Source of the DNA: Tubulanus polymorphus
Lineage: Eukaryota > Animalia > Nemertea
Direction of reading: 5' to 3'
Assembly (NCBI RefSeq): GCF_964204645.1
Contig: NC_134027.1
Coordinates: 25,568,560 to 25,632,559, forward strand
Length of the DNA stretch: 64,000 bases
The notes beneath the pieces are model-generated. The model saw only the letters and a program-made list of their open reading frames with translations. It was not told the origin of the DNA and ran no database searches. Of the stretch, positions 23,086 to 64,000 are shown in pieces; position 1 is the stretch's first letter, and each line of letters starts with the position of its first letter. The position numbers and the translations under genes are program-made.

Positions 23086-25772
23086 ATGCATCAAAAGTTG
23101 TGAGCATTTTCAAAATGGCATCAGTTATTTTCGTAATTTATGTTCATACTTTGATCGTTAGACTTTGCTTATGGGGTTTTGGAATATGAACTTGTAATTG
23201 CCAGCAGGCTGCAGTCTTTACTGATCTGGCCATCAGATGGGTATTTCGCAAGTCTGACAAAGTCTTCGTTTTTGGAATGATTTAGAATAGGCTAGGATTA
23301 GTTCCAGGTAAAATCCTGGAAGTAGTGCATTTTCTTATCTCATGGTTTGGTCATGATTTTATGAAAATGTTGGAAACCCGTGTTAGCAACCAGGAAGAAA
23401 GAGCTGCCTTTAGCTTCTATAAACTGCTATAAACCCTATGTCAGATTCGTAAGATTAAACTTTACCCCCTCGTGAATATCTGATGAATTTCGTTTCGTGA
23501 ATTCTGAAAGATTAAAAGTTTTTTATTTAGTCGTCTAATCCGTGTTGTTAGTGCTGTAATTGAATCGTTTTGAAAAAAAAGAACACTTTTTAACAAACAT
23601 TTGTCATCTTCAGGTGGCTGTGTGCATAAAAATCAAAGGTGATGTTCAGAATATAGAGGGCTGACTCTTAGTAAAGCCTGTTTAAGTTGTACCTTTTACG
23701 CCATCGATTTTTGTCGGACTAATAGAAATGTTACTTATGCCCAACTCGACTAAGATCCGATCAGATTGTCGCATGGTTAACAGTCAGGTCTGCGGGAACC
23801 TTTTCGCCGACGTGAGTTTACTTATGACCGCGATGGATTGATCGCAGATCTATCGTAAGCCGAATCCGAATAAGGATAGAGCAAGTTCTATTTCTTACGA
23901 CTGACCTTGACGGCATAGCCAATCAGCGACGAGTATTGCGTCACATGACCTCTAGACTCGGCAATTTGAGTTGTAATCGACTTGAGTTCGCTTAAGCTCG
24001 TTAAGACAAATGAATCAGCAATCAGCGGTGAACCACCGCTGTCCTTACGATGGTCTAGTCGGATTGTAAATCGACCTGAGCTAGAATTTATGGAACAAAT
24101 TTAATATAGCAAGTATAGAAAAAAATCCGAAACATTTATCATGACTGAACGTGACTTCAGCAGGCTTGACCGTGTAGTGTAAATTTATGATATGTTTTTT
24201 TAAGTTAATGATAAATTATTATTGTACGTGTAAATAATTATTAGTAATATTAATGTGTAAATTTGTCTGTCGCGGGTTCGCATGAATGCATGATGTTTGT
24301 TGTCTAGTGATGGAAATAATGAAAAAACTCGTGTTCAAACGCACAATGCATGTTGTACTTGAAAACGGTGGTGAAAATGTCTTTAAGCGCCTGTAACTTA
24401 TCAGTGCAGCAAAACGCCCGAAATCCCGAAGCCAAATTTTTTTAACCTTTCTTCCACAGATCTTGAGTTCAACTTTTGAGAGTTGATACAGTTCATCATC
24501 ATAATCATCATCATTAAAACACTTAGTGAACTCGATAAAGTTGAATCTATCCTGGAAACTGTGGAACTGTGCCTGGATGATCTCAAATATCGTATGGACT
24601 GATTTTATCCCACTGCTACATAAACTACAAGATATGTTTTATCATTAATGTACAACGGAGAATCATAGTGCGTCGTCATCGTGCAAATATCGATATCAAT
24701 TTCTTTGGTGAAATTATTTTTATTAAATTTACTGGACGCGGTTGGCGGGTTCAAGTTGCGCGACTCAAATCGAGTTCGAATTCGCTATTCCATGACTTTA
24801 AACTCAATAGTAAAAACTAAACTAACAGTAGTCGGATCCTGGGTCAAATCGAGCAGTGGTGACTTAAGTGATCTTAGATATTAACACTGGTCTTGATTAA
24901 GATTATTGGATTTGCTAAAGAACTTGGTTGATTTTGAATGGAAGCAATGACTGCGCATATGGCCCCTGGTTTCGTATCCCCAGCCTGAACAGCTAGTTTT
25001 TTCTTTTCAGTCGAAATATCTCGCAATTTATCAATCTATTGATATATCTGTTGTCTGGTATTATTAGTATAATTTACGTATTGAGCCAGTTGCGCAATTT
25101 GTAAAAGATTTAAAGAAAAATAAAAACATTGTAAAGAAAGAACTGCTGGATATAAATAGAACTTGAATTTAGGAAGAATTTATCGGGGAAAAATTATTGA
25201 ATCTTAACTGTTATATTCAGCAATAAAAATAGGTTTAAACAGTAATTGATTCTGTTCTCTGTTTTCTAGAAGAAATATTGTTGCCTCAGAGGCCAAAATT
25301 CTGCTTTTATGGTGTGATTTTTTTGTCTACGTAGTTGAGTTGGGGGACAAACAATGAAAGATATGACTTCACTTTGAAGTAGACAGTATGAGTGACTATA
25401 CTCAGATTTATTCTCATTATATAGAGGAGGGCTGGCACATGGCATCATCAGCACCAGGACATAACAGATAAACAGATTTACTTCAATGAACGGCTTATTC
25501 TGGTGACATCTCTCTGTCTCTAACCACTATTCCTGTATTGTAGACCATCAACTTGTTTCCTACAACATTCAAAATAATATTTCAAAATCTACACGCATTT
25601 CATTCGAGCATCCTCGAGTACAGCTAAACTCGCTGAAGTCATCGTCTGTTAAGTCATCAAATTACTTAAGTCGTGTCTATTTTGTATTTCGAATTCGATT
25701 TACGATGATTGCAAGTCATCATTTAGAAAAGGCGTCGACATGCAGGTCAGAACAGCGAGTTTCACCATACAT

Positions 25773-26073
25773 CACAAGAGAAATCCCACAATAACGAAGC
25801 CAAGATTGAAAAATTCTATATCAGAATGATTATATTTGAGGAGCGACGTTTCGGCTAACAACTGTTAGCCATCATCAGGCATACCGAGAACAAAATAAAG
25901 AATCCTGTTATTTTATTTTGTTCTCAGTACGCCTGATGATGGCTAACAGTTGTTAGTCGAAACGTCGCTCCTCAAATATAATCATTCCGATATAGAACTT
26001 TTCAATCTTTGCTTCGTTATTGTGGGATTTCTCTCGTTATCATCATACGCGAATATCGTGTATCTTCTCGTCT
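25773..26073. mobile_element. Penelope-like inverted-pLTR mini-element (family 2) with hammerhead cores on both arms
   Basis: About 122-bp inverted arms 25777-25898 and 25912-26034; unpaired tail of about 40 nt on the right; imperfect 13-bp direct repeat tttcacc(at/gc)acat at 25760-25772 and 26074-26086. Confidence 0.8.
25933..25966 (+). ncRNA. Minimal hammerhead ribozyme motif (mirror copy on the minus strand at about 25845-25878)
   Basis: CUGAUGA-U-GGCUAAC-AGUU-GUUAGUC-GAAAC-GUC: conserved core boxes, 7-bp stem II, palindromic loop-less stem III. Confidence 0.7.
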
Positions 26074-26242
26074 TTTCACCGCACATGTACTACGGAATAT
26101 GAGATATCGAAAATAGACTTTGAACCAAAATGAACCGGTTTAACCGAAGTGATAATTTGTGAGTCTAAATCTCTCGCGATGGTTCAAATTAAGCGATAAT
26201 TGTTAGACTTGACAGGATTCGAGTTAAAGAGTATTTTTGTTC

Positions 26243-55091
<28,849 letters not shown>

Positions 55092-56773
55092 CGCAATCGC
55101 TTGAAAAATACAAAATGAAATTTATTTAAAACAGGCTAGAAATACAGCAACTTCTCACAACGACATTACTTTATGCGGCATCTACAACGTCGCTAACCCT
55201 TGCCGGGATTTGAACCCGGGAACGCAAGCATTCAAACCTACGCTTACGAAAATATTTATGCAACAATTGAGGAAAACCGATACCCGTTTCATGTTACTGG
55301 CCCTCGGGTCAAAATAGATATTCAATTCTTTTCAAATTGTTTTTAGATATGTATTCAGCATAATGCGCTAGGTTTTTAATCGAAATTAGTTTTACTTGAA
55401 AAGTTTTGCCAAACTGTTGTCTCTAACAGCGCGTTATAGCGAATTTCAAAATCACCTAATTTCTACGTAGTTACAGTTCTCAGATGCTGCTAATTCCTGG
55501 AAAATTCATCCCTTGCCTCCGTGGTAGATGGATTAACTCGGGATATCTTCGAAATCGTTTTAGGCCCAACGGATTAACTTCAGGCAACACTCGAATACTT
55601 CAGGAGCAGACCCTCTGATCTCTATTCTATAATTCGACTATACCTGGGACCATTTATACCCCTTATGCAAACTCATTTTCTGACCCATATGGAAACAAAG
55701 GTTGCGGTTATTCTTGATGATTATTAGCGCTCTAATAATAATGACGGTTAACGCGTAATGAATTCACTCTCATCGGAACCAACATTCATCTCTCGTCTCG
55801 AAAACAGGTTAAAGTTTTCGAGCATGAATCAGACGAAAAAAATACGGAGAAAGATGAATATCTATAGCGCTCTTTGTGCACTGGTTATAGGGGTATGTAA
55901 TTATATAACACATTTACAGGGGTGAAAAGTTGACAAATCCAATTGCTTTCTCCGTGAACCCTACTCATCATCGACATCTCTGCTCTAGCATTGTACATCG
56001 ACGAATTCCCCTTCACCATCAACACCCCCGGGACGCAACTCGATCTAAGGCCCACAAGCCCCCTGGGTCCACACCTGCCCCCCATTACTGTAGTGGGCCA
56101 AATGGAAAAGAAAAGATGACTTCATCTCAATCCTTGTCTAGGAATGAATACATAAAATCTCAAGTCCATAGATTTGATTCGCAGTAATTGATAAAAAACC
56201 AGTCCGTGTTACTATTTTCAGTTTTCTAACTATTTCAGGTACCGGTAGGCTCTTTTTGCAAATGATTCACTTTTTGAACGATTTTGCATTTTCAATAAAG
56301 TTGAATATAACATAACACGAAGGCCTACGCGTTTCTTTTTTCTTCTATGAAACAAATGAATAAACGAATTCGTTACGCTAAACAATTCGTGATAGATTAT
56401 AAAACGAGTCGATGCCTGTCAAAAATCCAGGCTCAGAGTTTCGGGGAATGAAAGTCGTAGAAAAAAATGATTATTGCACCCCTCCCTAAAGCCCGTATTA
56501 GAATATTTAGCAAGCTTTTTGAAATAATTCGGATAAAGTCAAGATCTCATCACCTACCTGTTAGGATAGTTGAGTAGCAATATCAGTACTATCAGTTCGC
56601 ATGATTACACACACACAGCTGATCATAATAACACTGATTGCTAACAGCGCACTGAGGCCTTCTGTCAATAAATAACGTTTTAGAAAACAGTGATATGAAT
56701 TTTCGTTCAACCTCTTATTAATATGAAAAAAACGTCGGAGTCAATCGACTGAGATAAAAATAAAATATGCGTG

Positions 56774-56845
56774 GGGCTCGTCCGGGAATCGAACCCGGGA
56801 CCTCTCGCACCCGAAGCGAGAATCATACCTCTAGACCAACGAGCC
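56774..56845 (-). tRNA. tRNA-Pro, anticodon CGG
   Basis: GGCTCGTTGGTCTAGAGGTATGATTCTCGCTTCGGGTGCGAGAGGTCCCGGGTTCGATTCCCGGACGAGCCC; 72 nt, canonical eukaryotic tRNA-Pro cloverleaf, A and B boxes, downstream T-run. Confidence 0.97.
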
Positions 56846-57179
56846 GATACAAACGTGGCCGACAAATACAATTTATAAACGGCAAACCTTGGATGCCGTA
56901 GATGATGTCATTTTCGTTCTGGTTTTGTCGGCGAGATAACGCGATAGGGCTACCCGCTATTAGGTTGGCTAAATCTGGTGCTGGACAGTCCTGTTTGTTA
57001 AATTATCATTTTTGAGGGTAGACCCCACAGGCCGTTGGTTGTTTACTGATCTCGTACGGAACTGGATTTGGGTCCAAAATTCTTAAAAATAAAACCTCAC
57101 AAAATATGTTGATTGATCAATGAATATAAATCGTGTTTCGTATTCCGTATTTTGTATCAATATGGGTATTTTTATTGGA

Positions 57180-57600
57180 GCTGCTTTCGGGACGTGATGC
57201 AGGATTCGAGCCTGCTGACTCGCGACTAGCAGTGCGCGCGCCGGTCGATGATGTCAATAAACGCACGTGCTTCCCCATACAGCGAATGACGTCAGTTTCT
57301 ATGGCGACTGCACCGATGACCTATGAAAACGCGTGTTGTAAACACGTGATCGATGACGTCGACCGGTTTATGAGGTGTGTGTTAATCTCAGCTGTTTTCT
57401 ACGAGGTAAATACGCCCAGTTTTCTGGCAGTTTTAGCCCGGTAAGGACGCGTCACGCCGTGTCCAACTGACCGTCAGTTCTCCATACTTACTCGGCGACC
57501 GGGCGGTTCGGTTAGAACCGTTGTGGCTCCGGATAAACCCGCAAATACTGTCAGAATACCCCGTGAAAATGGCGCATCCCTGGGATTTCCTCGGGTCTTC
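57180..57600 (+). promoter_or_regulatory. CpG-rich candidate promoter divergent from reelin
   Basis: Local CpG enrichment; CACGTG at 57264 and 57342; TGACGTCA at 57287-57294; X-box-like GTTTCTATGGCGAC at 57295-57308; donor-like G|GTAAGG at 57441. Confidence 0.45.
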
Positions 57601-59486
57601 GTCTCGAAAATTTGAATTCAACCGGAAAACTGATCTCTAGAAAATTGGTTGCATGCCTCGTAATGTTGCTGTCACCCTACAATCCAACCTTTTCTTTACC
57701 AGAACCCAGTCCCATCCTCATCGTAATTAACGTGAATGTTGTCGGATTTTATTAACGTTCCACCCTCCTTGCCTTGGGCCCTGGCCCTGCGAACTGAGCC
57801 CGCGGTTAGTTTTACTGTGGCGCTGAGACACTGCGCTTCACCCCTGCCTTTATCAGTTGCAACAAGAAAACTGTAAACTTATGGCACGCACTCTCCAATG
57901 TCCATCTCAGACGTCCAGTGCGGACCAACATCCTGACCTAGCATGGCAACATCCCTACCCACATCCTTTGACTATCCATCCAACTTAGTTCGGCCTGTAG
58001 GCAGCTATCTGTATCTTCAATACCTGATTTCAAAACCAAACCCGCGTTTTAGTTCCCAACAGGGACACATCAAATAAGCAATACTCGGATCTCTGCAATA
58101 AGAGAAGCATATAATTAGCCCACTTTTGGTCCCAGTGGGCTATTGCCGTTTTGTTCACCAGGGGTATTGAATATTGAAATCGTCAGATTATCAAGCATTT
58201 TGACTTGTGAGCACGGTGTCCGTGGACCCCTTGTTTATTCTCTTATCATATCCCAATAGGGCCTAACAGTTCGGTTGCTTATATCGATAGGCCTGTCGAA
58301 GTGACTTTCGTTTTACAGCCATTTCAATTTATGTGTTTTTCATTTCAGCTTCGAAAACGAAATTTCATCATTTCTCGAGACTGAAAACATCGCAATAACA
58401 TCAGGTAAGTTCGAAATATATACTGACTAAAATCATCATAATGTATGTCTCTGAGCGGAGTCCAGACTAGCGCGCCATCTACTGGCGATGATCGAAAACG
58501 ATGCTACATCATTAGTTATTCATTGATGGTATTTGATATTATATTGAGCGCTGACGTTGAGCTTCTTAGATTTCTGGCATTTCTCATAATTCGGTCTTCT
58601 CGATGATGATTTCTGTTATAGGATATTTTGATGAATAATTGCTTTTCAGCGGAAACCAGAACGCCAAATATCGGCTAGCACTGAATGTATGACAATATTT
58701 AACTGCAAAATATTGAATAGTTTCAGAAAGGACATTATTGAACTGTGAAATACTTGAATAGTACCAAGAATAAGAAATTATTTAATGTTGTTGGTAATTA
58801 AATAGGCCTAATTCAAAAAGTTATCTGCATGATAATGTTCATATCATGATATACCTAGCTACTTGCACTTGTTTTCTATGAGATAGGTACCCTAGAAAGA
58901 TAACAAATATCAGATCGACTTTTTAAGTTTTTTTTATCCGTGTTCTCTGTATGAAAGAAATACATGATTTCCTGTTGTTACGTCGATTCATGGGGAAATC
59001 CAAAAAATTTCTGATATCCTACCAGCGCGTCATTGTTGAATTTACTTCCTCCCAGATATTGTGTGAAGTAGGTAGGTAAGATATGTTAAGCCCTCAGTCG
59101 CTGCAGGGCATTTTCATAAATGTATTGCTGAAATCTTTCGAAGCGTTGGACATAATCAATACGCATTGGTCATTGGATTGTGATTCAGCAGAGTTTGCTC
59201 TGTCTCTTGGGACGGATGACTGCACTCTCAAATCTCTCTCTATATATAGATGGCTTATGGATGGATTTAAGCGGATCATTCCTGTAAACATTGAACAGAA
59301 TTTGTGGTAATAATAAGAACCAGCAGAGCTCAGTTGTACTATCGTGACTTACATACAGAAATAGTCTTAGATCATAATTCACAGGACTGGGCCCAGTTAC
59401 ACAGTCGTGACTTACATATATAGGCTAAGTGTTCTTAAATCTGAGTTGTTTGATTGGCAAGTCCAGTGCAAGTGGGCATAGTTTCC

Positions 59487-60207
59487 TGTGGGGGTTCCAC
59501 AAGGCAAGGCATTTGACCTGGGTATCAGGGTACCACAAGGCTAAGTATTTGACCAGGTATCAGGGTACCACAAGGCGAAGTATTTGACCAGGTATCAGGG
59601 TACTATAAGGCAAGGTATTTGACCAGGTATCAGGGTACCACAAGGCAAAGTATTTGACCAGGTATCAGGGTACTATAAGGCAAAGTATTTGACCAGGTAT
59701 CAGGGTACCACAAGGCAAAGTATTTGACCAGGTATCAGGGTACTATAAGGCAAAGTATTTGACCAGGTATCAGGGTACTATAAGGCTTAGTATTTGACCA
59801 GGTATCAGGGTACTGCTAGGCGAGGTATTTCATCCAGTAGATCCCAGTGTATCGGGCTACCACGAGGTGTTTGACCCTGTAAAGCTCAGTGTATCAGGGT
59901 ACCACAAGGCAAGGTATTGGTCCCTGTAGATCTCAGTATATCGGGGTACCACAGGGTGAGTTATTTGACCCTGTAAATCTCAGTGTATCAGGGTACCACA
60001 AGGCGAGGTATTTGACCATGTAGATCTCAGCGTATTTGACCCGGTAGGTCTCAGTATATCGGGGTACCACAGGGTGAGTTATTTGACCCTGTAAATCTCA
60101 GTGTATCAGGGTACCACAAGACGAGGTATTTGACCATGTAGATCTCAGTGTATTTGACCCGGCAGATCTCAGTATATCGGGGTACCACAAGGTGAGTTAT
60201 TTGACCC
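59487..60207. repeat. Minisatellite: 35-bp unit x about 10, grading into longer variants of about 46 bp
   Basis: ggtatcaggg at 59521, 59556, 59591, 59626, 59661, 59696, 59731, 59766, 59801. Confidence 0.93.
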
Positions 60208-60375
60208 TATGCAACCATTATCGAGTTAAATTCTGGTGTCTGTAACTGTAGTTACTATTAACTAAACACTGATTCGCTCCGGTTGAATACGAATTAGATA
60301 CCGCTATTGGTCGTTTGGTTTTTTGAAGATAAAGGTATTGATTAACGTCGCTGTCATTTGATCGCGTGTGATTGT

Positions 60376-60389
60376 GTAACTATGGCAAC
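60376..60389. promoter_or_regulatory. RFX X-box consensus match
   Basis: GTAACTATGGCAAC fits GTHNYYATRRNAAC exactly. Confidence 0.35.
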
Positions 60390-60866
60390 TGTAGCGCTGT
60401 TGTGTCGTTTGTCGATGTAAAAGAATTAGTTCACCGTGGAGACCGGTATTACCTGGTATTACCCGTTCTAAAATCTGTCCGAGTTATTAGCAGGCGGCGT
60501 TGTGAATTGCGGTGGAACCTCGTTAGTTCATTGTAACGAGGTTCCACTGTATATAGAACTATCGCTTATAACGAACAAATTTTCTCGTGCCCTGAGGTTT
60601 ATTTTATGAGGTTCTCCAACTGTAAAACCCCTACCCTTCACTTGTCGATACAATTTCATTCTAAAGTGCGTTTATTTTCAATTTCTCTTTTAGATTTTTT
60701 GCTTTGAAGTCGTTCATTAGAAATAGCTGATCATTTCACAAAGTAAGTGACCTTCAATCAACCAGTTTAACGGACGTACTAGGTAACTTTGATACCCTAT
60801 CTACCCTGTCTGTAAAAACCAGGTCCAAGTGTTTGACTTATCTGTTAGGAGGAACTTTAATGCCCA

Positions 60867-60979
60867 GGATCCAGTTCCACAGTTCTGAGTTGAATTTGAC
60901 TCTTTAGAATTAAAACATTCAAAATGAACTGATTTTAACTTAGAGTTTACTCTAACTTGCAACTGTGGAACCGGGGCCC
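60867..60979. mobile_element. MITE family B
   Basis: ggatccagttccacagtt ... aactgtggaaccggggccc. Confidence 0.75.
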
Positions 60980-62409
60980 AGTATAACTTGCCCCATGATA
61001 CTCTCCATGAAAGCTAGGGATGAATTTTATTCTCAGAATTTTGAATAGGGCCTACCGGTATAGGTTTTGACTTGAGGAGTCTATGCGTTTGATCAAAAAT
61101 ACATCCTCTTAAAGTATTTTTGGTTTGATGTAATACAGTCTCTTCGCAGTGTTATAGAATAACTGTTCGATGTATATTTGAATTCACAGCTGTCAAACGT
61201 TGTTTTCTATTGTAATATTTACCTTGAGATGTTTAAAGAAATGATCTATCATTCATTTGTATCTCGTATGATCACAGATGTTACAGGAGCCCGTGCTATA
61301 TTCATATGCTAACACGTAAACTGAACTTACCTGTGTAAGGAGAGGGAGTTGGAGAGTGACAGTATTTTACACATTCTGCCGATCTTTCATGCAATTTTAA
61401 TCGCAATAGTCCTCAGGACACAGTTACACATTTCTGACTGATTTAATATGGACTACATTTAAAGTCTTTTATAATGACGCCATTGGGACCGACCAAAACG
61501 GCATCATAAAAAATTTGGCATTGTTATAACGAATGGTATTTTACATTGAATTTTTCATTAGATTGGGTACATTTTTTCTCCAAAAAACGTTGGCGTTAAG
61601 TGAACAGTGGCGTTATAAAGTATGGCAGCGTTTTAACGGACTTTGACTGTATTTAACTTAGAGTAAGTTAACTCTAATAGCCATGGAACTGGAAGGAAAT
61701 ATGAAAGGATCCGCTTTCATTGTTTGGAGTCGATTGCTGTAAGGTACCGGTTAGGGGCGGATCCAGATAGATCCAGAGACAAGCTCCCGTCGAATATTCT
61801 CCCGTGCCCTTTTGAAAATACGATGGCAATATATTTTTCAGGGCACTTTTTCCACTCATAACAAAAAAGACGGCAGTTCGCGGCACAAGATTTATTTCAT
61901 ATTCTGCTAAATGTCCTTCTAAGTGCCTAGAAATTGTCTGAAAAAGCAGTGAAATTTCAATATTTTCCAGACTCCTGTTTTGGCTGCGTGGTACACTTAA
62001 CTTTATACTACTCTATTTCAGTATATATTTATTTGTGCTCCTGGATCTATACCAGTAATGTATTTCAAATGATTTGCTCTCTCTCTTCTCTCTCTCTCTG
62101 TTCTCTGTCTCTCTTCTCTCCGAGGCTTTTAGAGCAAATCATTGTTGCGTAATTTCATTATGCCGGTGTTTTATGAGTTTGTATTTGGGAGATAGATTTG
62201 ATTTCGCCACACGGCGCACTCACTGGCCGTCCATTATCTAAAAGGCTGTTTATTTTACTATCGTACGGTCGTCGGTCGATGGGCTGGTGGATCTGCATCA
62301 TAGAAAAACGAAACATTACATGGCGAAGAAGAAATGATTATGATTAGTGCGTTTAGGGACATGTGTACTGGTGGTCACGAGATTCAACATCTATTATACA
62401 TCCCTTTAA

Positions 62410-63064
62410 CCCCTAAATCTGCTTCTCCCTTTCTCCATCTCCCTAACCTCTCCCCTATCCCTCTCCCCACCCCCTCTCTCCTTCCTTCCCTGCTATCCCA
62501 CTCCCTCTCCACCCCTCCCCTATCCCTCTCCCTACCTCTTCCCTTTTCCCACTCCCTCTCCACCCCTCCCCTTCTCCCTACCCTTCCCCTCCCTCTCCCT
62601 ATTGTTTTCTCTACCTCTTTCCCTATCCCTCCTCTCTCCCTACCCCCACCCCATCCCTCTCCTCCCTCTCCCTACCTACCCTCCCTCTCCTCCCTACCTG
62701 TTGTTGCTGAAATCCCTGTTGATACTTAAACAGAATTATGTTGCGGTATGGACCACCGATAAGACTGCTACTGCTACGATGATGTTGTGTAGGGGTTTAT
62801 TGTTTATGGTTTTCTTTGTCACTGGTTTTTCTTTGTTCTGTGTTTTATTGCTGATTCACGTTCAGATAAGTCGCCAAGGCGTTCTCTCTCTCTCTCTCTC
62901 TCGTCCCCATCCATCGTCCCCATCCATCGTCCCCATCGTCTCCCTCTCCCCTCTCTCTCTCTCTCTCTCCATCGTCTCCATCCATCGTCTCCATCCATTG
63001 TCTCCATCCATCGTCTCCATCCATCGTCTCCATCCATCGTCTCCAACGTCTCCATCTCCCTCTC

Positions 63065-63138
<74 letters not shown>
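62410..63138. repeat. Pyrimidine-rich low-complexity tract, (CCATCGTCTCCAT)-like repeats and a (CT)n microsatellite (63068-63138)
   Basis: Direct inspection. Confidence 0.9.
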
Positions 63139-63140
<2 letters not shown>

Positions 63141-63979
63141 CCCGGTCGTACAGATTTATGATATCATAACAAAGAAACAAATCATAGAATACAATCTGCT
63201 GATTGATGCTTGTTTCATTGTTTCTGTGTTCGATATGTTTCCGGTAACTGACTGCACCTTCAGCACCGCTATGCGCTGAGCCATATTGCGGCTATTTGTG
63301 ACCTGGTTCTAAACGTCCTATGACCAGGTAGCATTCGTTATGGAACATAGTTCAAGATAATGTAAGATCTCGGAAATTTTTCCTTGAGCTGAATTGAGTT
63401 TATTTGTCATCTTCAGTGACGCTATATTCCATGCGTTTCATGGGGGTTAGTGTAGTTCTAGTGTTTCTCTGTAGACGGCAGCACGGTCTGGTCCTAATTT
63501 TCTTCAGTATAGGTACCCCGTGTTCAGGGTGCGGAGATAGCGTTGAGAAGGTCATTATTGGAATTATCGACGAATCTTCGTTTATTTTTTGGTTTTTCTC
63601 GTCGTCTCGTGTCTTGTCTGAGACGTGTTGTTAATTAGTGATCAGAACGTTTATCAGCTTCGCGCTACAAATCTCGAGTCGTTTGAGTTTAAAAAAAAGA
63701 GTCTCGATTTAAATTACTTCGTCGTCGTCGTAACAGGGAACCTTCCTTGATTCCTTAATGATAACTGCTCTAAAAGATGCTTGAAACTTCTTTAATTTGA
63801 GCAAAATTCCTGAAACTCCTTTCATTTTGAGGAAAAGGCGATAAGAAATTCTAGAAGTGGTTGAGTGAATAGACTACGCCTAAATCAAGACCTAAGTCCG
63901 GACCGGGATTTTATTCTTTACCCAATTTTGCGGTTACTGATTCAGGAAGGATAGGAATTAGCTAATGAAATAGAGATAA

Positions 63980-64000
63980 GGCTAAAAAAAATTGATAACT
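63980..64000. mobile_element. Left terminus of another copy of the 7933-8155 TIR family, cut off by the window edge
   Basis: taa|ggctaaaaaaaattgataact. Confidence 0.55.

Larger units (their letters stand above)
58349..60742 (+). other. Candidate non-coding (5' UTR or lncRNA) exons 58349-58404 and 60694-60742
   Basis: Each has a pyrimidine tract with YAG acceptor and a GTAAGT donor; neither contains an ATG. Confidence 0.4.

Noticed and set aside
59487-59820. 35-bp repeats as a CRISPR array
   Set aside because: Head-to-tail units with no unique spacers, no cas genes, eukaryotic context
62334-63279. Pro/Leu/Ser-rich and (ER)n ORFs up to 225 aa
   Set aside because: Pyrimidine tract and (CT)n translation; no domain features
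63400-63810. Minus-strand open stretches near the window end
   Set aside because: In-frame stops between segments, no consistent splice phase, no recognisable homology

Overview
AT-rich, intron-rich animal genomic DNA, most likely a bilaterian invertebrate (inferred from the full-length reelin; the taxon cannot be fixed from sequence alone). Left to right: (1) the 3' part of GRAMD4 (+), ending in two homologous alternative last exons; (2) a repeat-rich interval of MITEs, two decayed LINE 3' ends and minisatellites; (3) a small spliced gene missed by the ORF track (14465-14962, +) encoding signal peptide, acidic propart, KR and a 34-aa six-Cys peptide resembling sea-anemone APETx/BDS-type toxins with a shortened central loop; (4) PPP4R2 (+) with a long acidic repetitive tail; (5) a complete 8-repeat reelin gene (-, about 26.2-55.1 kb); (6) tRNA-Pro(CGG) (-) and a CpG-rich divergent promoter with candidate non-coding exons. 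At least four 210-300 bp fold-back elements carry minimal hammerhead ribozyme motifs and 12-13 bp target-site duplications (Penelope-like inverted pLTR insertions), one inside the peptide gene's intron. Exon boundaries were read by hand and homology calls rest on recalled reference sequences, not database searches.
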